Assembly: GCA_039208735.1 (NCBI GenBank)
Contig: JBCCQY010000019.1
Coordinates: forward strand, 17,310-81,309
From: Myxococcota bacterium
GTDB lineage: Bacteria; Myxococcota_A; UBA796; GCA-2862545
Length of the DNA: 64,000 nt
Reading direction: 5' to 3'
The notes under the pieces: model-generated
The model's input: only the letters and a program-made list of their open reading frames with translations
Database searches by the model: none
Told to the model about the DNA's origin: nothing
In this document: positions 18,679-27,686 of the stretch, in pieces
Layout: every line of letters begins with the position of its first letter
Position numbering within the stretch: position 1 is the first letter of the stretch
Translations under genes and position numbers: made by a program

Positions 18679-19388
18679 AGGACCAAGGCGCAGTATTCCG
18701 ATGGATCGTAGGGGGGCTGCTTTTCGCCACCGTATTGCCATCCGTATGGTTGGTACGCGCCCTCTTCGTAGAGCCGTTTCGCATTCCGTCTGCCGGAGAA
18801 GCACCAACCCTCGCGGTCGGGGACCACGTTTTGGTCGACAAAGCCCGGTACGGTTTGTCGCTCCCCTCACCTTTGGGCGACGGTCGCACTCGGCTCCTTG
18901 ACTTGGGCGTTCCGGAGCGCGGCGAGATCGTGGTCTTTCGGTACCCCGAGGACCCATCCATTCACTACATCAAGCGGGTGGTTGCGGTCGGGGGTGACCG
19001 GATCGCGGTTGAAGACCATCAAGTCCGCTTGAATGGTGCGGTACAGCCTTGGGACGAAGTCGGTCCGGACACCTTCGTGGACGACACGTGCACCGAAAGA
19101 GCCGTGACTCGATTCACCGAGCAGGGTCCGCGCGGCACCTGGGACATCTTCACCGAAGACGGCGCGTCAAGCCGGCTCGCCAACGTCCGTGAGCGCACAG
19201 TGCCGGCAGGCCATGTCTTCGTCATGGGAGACAATCGCGACCATTCTGAGGACTCCCGCGTCTGGGGTTTCGTGCCGCTCGACCATATTATTGGGCGCGC
19301 CGAGCGCATTTGGTTTTCGTTTGACGCCTGCGAGGGGCGCCTGCGTCAAGAGCGTGTGGGCACCTCTGTGCTTCCGGAGGGTTCGTGA
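18675..19388 (+). CDS. Signal peptidase I (S26) paralog with the nucleophile Ser substituted
   Basis: Box B FRIPSAGEAPTL, RGEIVVF, box D YIKRVV, box E GDNRDHSEDSR. ATGA overlap. Confidence 0.9.
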   Translation: MKDQGAVFRWIVGGLLFATVLPSVWLVRALFVEPFRIPSAGEAPTLAVGDHVLVDKARYGLSLPSPLGDGRTRLLDLGVPERGEIVVFRYPEDPSIHYIKRVVAVGGDRIAVEDHQVRLNGAVQPWDEVGPDTFVDDTCTERAVTRFTEQGPRGTWDIFTEDGASSRLANVRERTVPAGHVFVMGDNRDHSEDSRVWGFVPLDHIIGRAERIWFSFDACEGRLRQERVGTSVLPEGS

Positions 19389-19867
19389 CCGACGACGACA
19401 TCAAAGCCCTGCACGACTTCGAAGACACGGCCGTTCCGACCGACCTCGCCTCGCTCAGTCAACGCTGGCTGGCGGGCGCCATCGACTACGCCTTGTTCGG
19501 GGCGGGCCTGTTCGCGGGAGCCGCGTTGGGTATGGGGTTGGCGAGACTCTCGGGAAGCAGCGCCGTCACGCTGATGACGCTCGGCACAGCCATGCTCGGT
19601 GCCCTAATACCCAGTGTCATCAGCTGGGTATTGATCACGCGGGATGGACAAAGCCTGGGCAAGCGGTGGGTCGGCATTCGCATTGTGACGCGGGGCGGTC
19701 AGCCGCCCGGCTTTCTTCGGGGCGTCGTTTTGCGAAACTGGGTGCTTCAATTGGTGGATCGGGCCTGCGGGTTCCTGTTCTTCATTGACCATGCCGCGAT
19801 CCTCCTCCGCGAGCGCCGAGCCATCCACGACTACATCGCGGGAACCTGGGTCATCGACCCAAACTAA
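19385..19867 (+). CDS. RDD family membrane protein
   Basis: ASLSQRWLAGAID, GQSLGKRWVGIRIV, RAIHDYIAGTWV. Confidence 0.9.
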   Translation: MTDDDIKALHDFEDTAVPTDLASLSQRWLAGAIDYALFGAGLFAGAALGMGLARLSGSSAVTLMTLGTAMLGALIPSVISWVLITRDGQSLGKRWVGIRIVTRGGQPPGFLRGVVLRNWVLQLVDRACGFLFFIDHAAILLRERRAIHDYIAGTWVIDPN

Positions 19868-20262
19868 CCCACCAGGGAAGCGAGGAGCGGCCAGGCGACC
19901 AGGGCCGTACCCGCCACTCCCACCATCCAGAGCAAAGAGCGAAGGTAGGTCACGCCCAGGACGTAAATAGGGATGTAGAGCAGCCGGGCGCCTATGAACA
20001 ACCACGCCCCCAAGGCGGAGACGCCGTCGGCGGAGTCCGTCACAACCACGGCCAATGCAATTGGCACGAACAACGCCATGTTTTCAATGTGGTTGGCGAG
20101 CGCCCGGGTGGCCCGTCTCGAAAGCTCCGGGAGGTCCTGGTCCTCCCGGTTGCTAAAGATCCAAGCCGTGCCTTTGGCGGTCGTGTTGACCATCGCCTGC
20201 ACGTTGACGGCGGCAAACAAGAGGGCCGAAGACAAAACCACGGCTAAGATTTCGGTCTGCAT
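19864..20262 (-). CDS. MAPEG family membrane protein
   Basis: RATRALANHIENMALF, ARLLYIPIY; RBS AAGGAG. Confidence 0.9.
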   Translation of the reverse strand: MQTEILAVVLSSALLFAAVNVQAMVNTTAKGTAWIFSNREDQDLPELSRRATRALANHIENMALFVPIALAVVVTDSADGVSALGAWLFIGARLLYIPIYVLGVTYLRSLLWMVGVAGTALVAWPLLASLVG

Positions 20263-20355
20263 GATGCTACTCCTTGCGCCTTGGCGGCGGGAACACCCCT
20301 GACGTACTGCCAGTTTGACCCAAGGTCCGCCGGTGTTGGCGCAGGGCACACCTGC

Positions 20356-20476
20356 ATCAGCTCCGGTGATCCGCTTGCAGGAGCGAAGCGACGAAAGCTG
20401 ACCGCGTGAGCCTGCAGGCGCTTAGCGCCGAAGGCCAGCGGTGATCAGACTCGCGCAAGCTTCGCTTGCTGCTGAT
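20356..20476. other. Highly structured intergenic element (nested hairpins; REP-like or attC-remnant-like)
   Basis: Outer stem ATCAGC/GCTGAT. Mini-hairpins GCGAAGC, GGCGC-TTA-GCGCC, GCC-GAA-GGC, GCAAGC-TTC-GCTTGC. Confidence 0.4.
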
Positions 20477-20787
20477 CAACCCGAGTCGTCGCAGCTCCAG
20501 ACCTCGCTATACAACGACTTCAGATCCGTCGTCTCGTCACAGACGGCGAGCGCAAAGGTATCTTCCATACAGCGAAAGCGCTGGACCGCATCCAGCCGAT
20601 CAAACCCGGTGCGTAGGTTTTCGTTGATGCAGTCCTCGGCGAACAACTCCCCTTCAGAGGCTGCGAAGTCAGGATCCCCCGTGGCTGATTCAACACAGTT
20701 AATAGCCGCATCAACGAACTCCCCACACGCTGCTTCGGGGTTTCCGCAACCCGCCACGACAAATATCCAAAGCACAAATCGACGCAC
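20476..20787 (-). CDS. Small Cys-rich lipoprotein
   Basis: RBS GGAGGA, GTG start, lipobox VAGC, six further Cys. Confidence 0.7.
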   Translation of the reverse strand: MRRFVLWIFVVAGCGNPEAACGEFVDAAINCVESATGDPDFAASEGELFAEDCINENLRTGFDRLDAVQRFRCMEDTFALAVCDETTDLKSLYSEVWSCDDSG

Positions 20788-20861
20788 TGATGTTTCCTCC
20801 GTCTGCCTCACGGTACGCACACGGAGGAAGGGGTGTCGATCTCCTTCCTTACATCAAGGTC

Positions 20862-22046
20862 TCAGTTTCCTGTGATGCGCAGTACGAGGTCGCCCTCGTC
20901 GGGGCAGGTGGCCCGGCCATCGCAGTTTGAGGTCGTCACGTACAACGCGCCGTCTGGACCCACTGCGACATCGCGCATCCGGCCGTATTCACCGCGCAGG
21001 TAGACCTCGGAACGCTCCACGTTGCCATCGGCCGCAAGCGTAAAGCGATGCAAGTGCCCAATGTCGTCCCCGAACCCGAGAACGCCCAACACGAAATCCC
21101 CCTCCCACGAGGGAATGGCCGAACTTGGCACGAAGGCGCCACCACCCGGCGGTAGAGCTTCCGCCCAAGTCATGGATGGAGGCCGCAAGCCTTCCTCACT
21201 TTGGCAACGGTAGATGTCTGGCCAACCCAGGTTATCGCCAAAGTCCGCCACGTTCAGCTCGTCGTGGTCGGTCCAGCTGTTTTCGACCGGGGAACCGCTG
21301 GGCCCGTGATCGGCGAGCACAACGCGGCCATCATCACGGAAGTCGAAGGCCTGAAGGTTGCGCAGGCCCGTAAGGACCGCCGCCGAACCCCATGGATTGT
21401 CGTCAGGGAAGGACCCGTCGTCACGAATACGTAGCAGCTTGCCCGCGAGGTTGTCCGGATCTTGGGACCACTCCGGTGTCGTTGCGTCGCCCGTGCCCAC
21501 ATAGAGCAACCCATCGGGGCCAAATCGCAGGCGCCCGCCATTGTGGAACTGCCGAGCGGGGATGTCGTTGAGAATCAGGGTATCTGCGGTGGCCGCCGTG
21601 CCGTCGGCCGACACCGTCCACCGTTCGACCACGTTGCGCACTCCTCCCACCCCAGCCGTGGTGTAGTAGAGGTAAATCCACCGATTCTCTTCGAAGTCGG
21701 GATGGACCGCGAGCCCCAGAAGGCCCCCTTCGCCGCCGTCCGTGATGGGGACCGTAGCCAAGGGCGCGGGCTCGAGGTTGCCATTGGCATCGATCCGGCG
21801 AACGGTTCCCGCGCGCTCGGTCACCAGCGCCGTGCCGTCGGGCAACCAATCGATGGCCCACGGAATGGCCAGTCCCGAGGTGAAGACCTCGACATTGAGT
21901 TCGTCGGTTCCTTCGTCACCATGAACCTCGGCCGCACGGACCCGTTGGCATTCGACCGCAAGATCGACCACCGGATCGGCTGGGCTATCGTTCGGATCTG
22001 GCGAAACGTTGCAAGCTACGAGCAAAAGGGCAGGGATTGGACGCAT
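20862..22046 (-). CDS. PQQ-dependent glucose/sorbosone dehydrogenase lipoprotein
   Basis: PWAIDWLPDG, GEGGLLGLAVHPDF, HNGGRLRFGPDG, GLRN, GRMRDVAVGPDGALYV. Confidence 0.93.
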   Translation of the reverse strand: MRPIPALLLVACNVSPDPNDSPADPVVDLAVECQRVRAAEVHGDEGTDELNVEVFTSGLAIPWAIDWLPDGTALVTERAGTVRRIDANGNLEPAPLATVPITDGGEGGLLGLAVHPDFEENRWIYLYYTTAGVGGVRNVVERWTVSADGTAATADTLILNDIPARQFHNGGRLRFGPDGLLYVGTGDATTPEWSQDPDNLAGKLLRIRDDGSFPDDNPWGSAAVLTGLRNLQAFDFRDDGRVVLADHGPSGSPVENSWTDHDELNVADFGDNLGWPDIYRCQSEEGLRPPSMTWAEALPPGGGAFVPSSAIPSWEGDFVLGVLGFGDDIGHLHRFTLAADGNVERSEVYLRGEYGRMRDVAVGPDGALYVTTSNCDGRATCPDEGDLVLRITGN

Positions 22047-22090
22047 CGGCTCTCCACGGAGGGTTCATACCGTTTGGGCCGCTCGCCTCG

Positions 22091-23572
22091 TCAGGGCTTG
22101 AAGAGGAACGCTCGTTCTTCGCAAGTCAGCGCGGCCACCTGGGACGCTACCTGGTCGATCCCCGGCCTGTCGGGCGTCCACACTCGACTGGGCAGCGGCG
22201 CTCCCTGACGCTGCGCCACCCCGTCTGCCAATACCAGCGCAAGCGTCATCACGTCGGAATGGGACTCGTTGGCCCGTGCGACGGGCTCTGGCACTTCGGT
22301 CAGTTCTGCCAGGAGTCGGTCATCGTTGCCCAGCATCCTTTGCAAGGTCTTGGCCGAATCGGGATCCGTCGAGCGCATCGCATCGGCGATGTGCGCCAAA
22401 AGGCTCCGCACGACCCGTTCGAGTTCCGCCTGGTTCAATGCCGCAAGCTGCAGGTAGGCTTCGTGGTCGTCGAAGCGACGAACCCGCGCGGTGGGCGTTG
22501 GTGGCGTGAGCAACGGTCGGTGCTCCCGCATCGCATCGATGACCGCGAAGACGACGTCTTCACGCAGCGGAAACAACGCGCCAACATTGGTAAAAACAGC
22601 ATCGTCGGGGAGTTCGGGGTTCGCCAACCACCCCGTGTACTCCCGGTGGTGTCGCCAATCTTGAAATGCTCGATCCAACCCTGCGATGACGTCTTCGAGC
22701 GGAACCTGGCCACGGTCGAAGCGTACCCAAGTCCCTTCGGACACCCCCACATCCTGAACGTGGACTTCACCATTGGCGGGCTGGCCTTCGACGGCACGCA
22801 ATGCGAGCACCGCTCGAACCTCACGGCCTTGGCGCACCACCGGAAACCGGCCACGACCCGGCACCTGGATCACCAACGCCAAATCGATGAACGCCCATAA
22901 GACGGCGGGTTCGAGGGCCGTAAGTGCGGTCTCTCGCTCCATCATGGCTTCGACTTCGCTCACGCCGGAAGGGGGTGGGCGAATGGAAATCGGCCGCCCC
23001 TGACGGAGGCAAAGGAGCAACGCCCAAACGGCAATCGCGGCCTCGAACGGCTTGGGACGTCCAAATTGGTCGCCCACCATGAACTCGGAGTCCTCCGCTT
23101 GGGCATCGGAAAGGCGGATCTCGACCATCGGGTCGCTGACCGTTTCAACAACCTCGAACCAGCGGATCGCACCGAGCAGTCCACCGTTCCAGTGGAACTC
23201 CACGTTCGGCAACCCCAGTACCGCCGAAATGGCATCGAGGAACGGTGAAACCCCAGCCTCCGTTGCCATCGTGGAGGACCAATTTGCGGAAACCGACACC
23301 TCGGTCGGCTCGACGGTTTTGCGCACGAAGCCCGCATCAGGGCCGGTCCGTTGCACCACTGCAACCTGTCCCTCGAAGGGCACCAGGGCAAGGCTCGGTA
23401 GCCCCATGTCACGCCAAGGCGCTCGAAACTGCTCGGCAAGCCCGGCCGACCAGGCTTCGAGCGCATCCAACACGGATGGGGATGCCGCAGGCAACTGATC
23501 GAGCAACGCATCCCCCATCACTTGCCACGACGCAGCATCGGGTTGATTCATCAACCGCTCGAGTGGGATCAC
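22091..23572 (-). CDS. Hypothetical protein with an internal NusA N-terminal-domain-like segment and a possible degenerate TIGR02996-like N-terminus
   Basis: RBS GGGAGG before GTG 23572. EVVETVSDPMVEIRLSDAQAEDSEFMVGD; LERLMNQPDAASWQVMGDALL. Confidence 0.65.
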   Translation of the reverse strand: MIPLERLMNQPDAASWQVMGDALLDQLPAASPSVLDALEAWSAGLAEQFRAPWRDMGLPSLALVPFEGQVAVVQRTGPDAGFVRKTVEPTEVSVSANWSSTMATEAGVSPFLDAISAVLGLPNVEFHWNGGLLGAIRWFEVVETVSDPMVEIRLSDAQAEDSEFMVGDQFGRPKPFEAAIAVWALLLCLRQGRPISIRPPPSGVSEVEAMMERETALTALEPAVLWAFIDLALVIQVPGRGRFPVVRQGREVRAVLALRAVEGQPANGEVHVQDVGVSEGTWVRFDRGQVPLEDVIAGLDRAFQDWRHHREYTGWLANPELPDDAVFTNVGALFPLREDVVFAVIDAMREHRPLLTPPTPTARVRRFDDHEAYLQLAALNQAELERVVRSLLAHIADAMRSTDPDSAKTLQRMLGNDDRLLAELTEVPEPVARANESHSDVMTLALVLADGVAQRQGAPLPSRVWTPDRPGIDQVASQVAALTCEERAFLFKP

Positions 23573-23727
23573 AGGCCCTCCCGCGACATCATGACTCACG
23601 CCGCGGGGGGGTCCAGGGCAAATTGGATCGATGCCCTTGACATCGGACCGAATCGTACAAAGTCCCTCGCTAACGCTACACCTAGCAGACCCATGATCCG
23701 AGACGCGCCCCACAGGAAGGAGGTCCC

Positions 23728-23943
23728 ATGCAAGTCGGATCGGTCGCCCCCAGTCAGTCTGTCATCACCGACGGTGCTTCGACGCGCCCGTCGGCCAGTG
23801 CGAACCAGGACAAGTTCGGCCCGGCGACGAAGGTCTCGTTGTCAGAAGAGGCGTTGAGCGCCTCCAGTGAATCCGCCGCCTCCAAGAAGGCCGCAAAGGC
23901 CGCCAAGACGGGCGCCGCCGCCGCCTACCAGGCCCAGAGCTAG
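23728..23943 (+). CDS. Small low-complexity protein (71 aa)
   Basis: Strong RBS AGGAAGGAGG; KVSLSEEA motif. Confidence 0.6.
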   Translation: MQVGSVAPSQSVITDGASTRPSASANQDKFGPATKVSLSEEALSASSESAASKKAAKAAKTGAAAAYQAQS

Positions 23944-26900
23944 CGGGTTTCGGCTCCTATCGATGGCGCCTCGCGAAGCAGCCTCGCTCGATAGCGCATC
24001 CCCAGGCCCTCCAGCTCCTCGATCGCCCGAGAAACCTCGGCCGCGTCGTATCCGGTCTGGCCAAGCCAACGTCCAGCCTGGATGCGCATCGCCCGTGCAT
24101 AGATCACGTAGCCTTTCATGGAAGCGGGCATGTCGGACAGCACCTCGTCGAGCCGCGAGGCGGCTTGCGTCGCGTCCTGGAGCAACCAACGAATCTCGGC
24201 CTGACGAAGCACAATGATGTGGGAGAGCCAGACATCGTTGGCCTCATGGGCAAGAATCGACGCGCGTTCAAAGTGGTGCCGCATGTCCGTATCGTTCCCG
24301 AGGAACGCGGCCGCCCAGCCCGCCTCGAGGTGGACCCCTGCCGCCACGTTGGCCCGGTTTGTCCCTTCGGCCAGCGCTCGCAAGGCGGTATCGGCCGCGC
24401 GATCGTACTGCCCAAGCGCACTCTGCGCCGCGGCGACCCCGCTCGCGGTGATGACGCGGGCCTGGCGACCTGGCGGCCCCAAGTCGCGAACGCGTTTCGC
24501 AGCTCCCTCCGCCAATCGAAGCGCCCAACGAAAATCGTCCTGTTCCAACGCCAGCCCCGACCGATTGGCATCGAGCCTCGCGACGGTCGTCGCATCGCGC
24601 GTCTCTGCCCCAAACGCCTGGAGCCGTTGATGCACGCGAAGGGCCTCGTTGATCTCGCCCATACGAGTGAGGGCCCCTGCCAGATTGCCAGCCGCGCTCG
24701 TTGCGCCACTCCATTCCTCGACCTCGACGGCGATCGACAACCCCGCTTCGAATCGGTCGCGAGCCCCTGCGAAATTCAGCTGCAGCGTGTCGAGCACGCC
24801 AAGGGCGGAAAGCGTGTGGACCTGCAGCCGACGAACGCCCATCTCACCGTGGATGTGGAGAGCGGTGCTCTGGTGTTGGCGTGCCACCTCGATTTGGCCT
24901 GACATCTTGGCCCATTGACCGAGCAGGCCATGCACTTCCGCCTCCCGACGCCGCATGCCTCGGCCCGCCTCCAATGCCTGATCAAGACGACGTTTTGCGC
25001 CATCGAGATCATCGTGCAAAAGCCCCACGCCTCCGAGCATGACCAGCGCAAGCACGATGAGTTCCTGATGCCCAGCGAGCCGGCCCCGGCTTAGTGCGTA
25101 GCCCAGATGCCCTCGTGCCTCGTCGCCGTCATCTGCGTGAACCCGTCCCAATGACAGGGCCACCCACCCCTCGAGGACCGGATCCCCAGTGTTCGCCGCC
25201 AGAACACGAGCCTCTTCGAGGATCTCCATGGCTTCCGCCGGCCGCTCTTTGAGCCTTAGCACCCGACCGTAGCTCCGGGCCGTGGCCACACGAAGCCTCG
25301 CATCTTTGGCGAGTTCGTAGGCACGCTCGGCCCATAGATTGGCTCGCGCATCGCCCGCTTGTAGGGCCAGTTGTGCGGCGACGTCGAGCAACGCGGGGTG
25401 CTCGGGCTCTACGGCGAGCACGCGCTCGACGATGGTCAGACCGTGGCGCATCGGCCCACGATGCAGGATCACCCGTCCCGCGGCCACGGCACAACCGGCG
25501 GCCGCCGTTCGATCCCCAAACCGCAGGCCGGCTTCGATGCCCGCCACGAAATTGTCGAGATCGCGCGCCTGCCGCGCCCGAAGTGGGTCGCGGGGAGGAG
25601 AAAGCAGGTTGCTCGGCCCCCCCATCCGCGCAAACCACCGCGCATGACGGAGCCTCACCGCCTCGACGTCATCCAGCGTTCGCGACGCATACAGTCGAAC
25701 CGACTCATACAATCGGAACCGGGGTCGGCCCCGCTCACCGGTGCGCTGGGCCACAAGGAGGGAGGCGTCGAGGAGCTTCTCGATGAATTCCGCCAGCCAT
25801 GGGGTGGCAGCCTCCGTCCCCACCACACGTTCCGCATCTTCGATGGTGAACCCACCTCGAAACACCGAAAGTTCGGCCACGCTACGCTGGGCTTCGGCAG
25901 ACAGCTGATCCCAGGAAGCTCGAACGACCGTTTCCAAAGCCCCATGACGCTCGTCGGATTGGCCTAAGAGCTGAAATCGTTCGGCTAACCGGGATAGCAT
26001 CTCGCTTGGCTCAAGGGAACGTGCCCGCGCGGCCGCAAGTTCAAGGGCGAGAGGCAAGAAGTCGAGTTTTTTGGCCAATTCCGCAAGCACAGGCTGCGCT
26101 TCGGTGGCTCCCCAAGCATCCAATCCACCCGCGCGGGCGGCTCGATCGCGCAACAGCGCCACCGCATCGGTTGAGGCGAGCGGCGCAATCCGGACGACAG
26201 TGGCCTGTGCCTCCTTTGCGAACCCCGTCCGGGACGTCACCACGAACCGCGCTTCGGTCGCGATATCGAGCCACACCTCGAGCACCTCGTGCGCCGACTC
26301 CAAGACCTGATCTGCATTGTCCAGAAGGAGGAGCGCGGAGCCCAACCCCCGTAGCTGATGACCGACTTGCCGGACCACTTCCGCTTGGTCGCCAGAACCT
26401 AAAGGATGACCGAGCGCCGCCGCTACCGCCGAGCAAACCCCCTGAACGTCACGCGCTGACGATAGCTCGGCGAAGGTCGGGGCTCCCTCGTAGTTCCGGT
26501 CCATGAGTACCGCGTGGCGTCGAACCAGGGCCGACTTGCCAACTCCACCAGGACCCTGCACCATCACCAGCCGCGACGTCTCCAGCGCTCGGGCCAAGAT
26601 GCCGAGGTCCGCATCCCGACCAAACAACGTGCCGCCACCCGGGTGTGACCCCGAGCCGTGCGAACCTGAGTTGGTGGAGTTGGTGGCGGGACCCACCGCC
26701 AGGTCCCGGTCCGATGTGGCCTCGGTCATCCAATCGGCAAACGAAGGTCCGGTCGCGACCAATCCGGAAAGCGCACTGGCCAAGCTAAGGCAATCTCCGA
26801 ACCGAGCCTCCACGTCATGAGCAAGGCACTGGGCCACGAGCGGACCGAGCCCCGGTAGGGCTTCATCGATCGACCGTTGCAGCTCGCCCATCGCAAGCGC

Positions 26901-27623
26901 CGCAGTGATCTGAGCGTGCCGCTGCTGCACTTGCTCCGCAGTTTTGCCCAAGACCATCCGCCGACCCAGCGCCATCTCGGCCAACACAATGCCCAACGCG
27001 AACTGATCGGTGCGCGGATCGACCACCGACGTCGGTGAAATCTGCTCAGGAGCCATGTAGCCGAACGTTCCCGCCGTGCGAGGAAACGCCACGCCAGCCA
27101 GCGTGGCCACCCCAAAGTCCGCCAGCTTGACCAGGCCACGCTTCGTCAGCAACACATTGCTGGGCTTCAGGTCGCGGTGCACCACGGGTTGCAGCTGATC
27201 ATCCACGACAAGTCCATGCGCGTGGGCCAAGGCCATCGCCAGCTGTGCACCGATTTGCTGGATGACACGGCCGGGCGGCGCCCCACGCTGCTCCATCAGT
27301 TCGCGCAGGGTGTGCCCCTCGACCCACTCCATCGCGATGAGCCACCATGGCTCAACACGAGCCAGGTCATAGACCTCGACGATGTTGTCATGGTCGAGCA
27401 TCGCACCGAGGCGTGCTTCGAACGCCACCTCCTGCTCAGAGAGCGCCGGAATCAGTTTGACGGCCAGCCGCTTTCGAAACCCCGCGGGACCATGAAGGAC
27501 CGCCCGGTACACGGCCCCGGTGGCCCCTCGCCCGACCAGCTGCTTGAGCTGATAGCGGCCCAGGGAGGCGGGTAACGACTCGGGAGGCAGAAATGACGGA
27601 CCGGAGGAAAACATCCGCGCCAC
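23940..27623 (-). CDS. Ser/Thr kinase - STAND NTPase - TPR protein
   Basis: Kinase: GRGATG, HRDLKPSN, DFG, YMAPEQ. NTPase: GPGGVGKS, LLLDNAD, LPLALELAAAR, SWDQL, FRGGF. Helical repeats follow. Start uncertain (could be ~27614). Confidence 0.9.
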   Translation of the reverse strand: MARMFSSGPSFLPPESLPASLGRYQLKQLVGRGATGAVYRAVLHGPAGFRKRLAVKLIPALSEQEVAFEARLGAMLDHDNIVEVYDLARVEPWWLIAMEWVEGHTLRELMEQRGAPPGRVIQQIGAQLAMALAHAHGLVVDDQLQPVVHRDLKPSNVLLTKRGLVKLADFGVATLAGVAFPRTAGTFGYMAPEQISPTSVVDPRTDQFALGIVLAEMALGRRMVLGKTAEQVQQRHAQITAALAMGELQRSIDEALPGLGPLVAQCLAHDVEARFGDCLSLASALSGLVATGPSFADWMTEATSDRDLAVGPATNSTNSGSHGSGSHPGGGTLFGRDADLGILARALETSRLVMVQGPGGVGKSALVRRHAVLMDRNYEGAPTFAELSSARDVQGVCSAVAAALGHPLGSGDQAEVVRQVGHQLRGLGSALLLLDNADQVLESAHEVLEVWLDIATEARFVVTSRTGFAKEAQATVVRIAPLASTDAVALLRDRAARAGGLDAWGATEAQPVLAELAKKLDFLPLALELAAARARSLEPSEMLSRLAERFQLLGQSDERHGALETVVRASWDQLSAEAQRSVAELSVFRGGFTIEDAERVVGTEAATPWLAEFIEKLLDASLLVAQRTGERGRPRFRLYESVRLYASRTLDDVEAVRLRHARWFARMGGPSNLLSPPRDPLRARQARDLDNFVAGIEAGLRFGDRTAAAGCAVAAGRVILHRGPMRHGLTIVERVLAVEPEHPALLDVAAQLALQAGDARANLWAERAYELAKDARLRVATARSYGRVLRLKERPAEAMEILEEARVLAANTGDPVLEGWVALSLGRVHADDGDEARGHLGYALSRGRLAGHQELIVLALVMLGGVGLLHDDLDGAKRRLDQALEAGRGMRRREAEVHGLLGQWAKMSGQIEVARQHQSTALHIHGEMGVRRLQVHTLSALGVLDTLQLNFAGARDRFEAGLSIAVEVEEWSGATSAAGNLAGALTRMGEINEALRVHQRLQAFGAETRDATTVARLDANRSGLALEQDDFRWALRLAEGAAKRVRDLGPPGRQARVITASGVAAAQSALGQYDRAADTALRALAEGTNRANVAAGVHLEAGWAAAFLGNDTDMRHHFERASILAHEANDVWLSHIIVLRQAEIRWLLQDATQAASRLDEVLSDMPASMKGYVIYARAMRIQAGRWLGQTGYDAAEVSRAIEELEGLGMRYRARLLREAPSIGAETR

Positions 27624-27686
27624 GATACCAGGCCTGGACCCCAGATTGCATGTACAAAATCGGGGCCCGCCCGGCAGACAGTCCTG

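Noticed and set aside
23728..23943. Naming the small protein flgM
   Set aside because: It lacks the C-terminal sigma28-binding region and any flagellar context.
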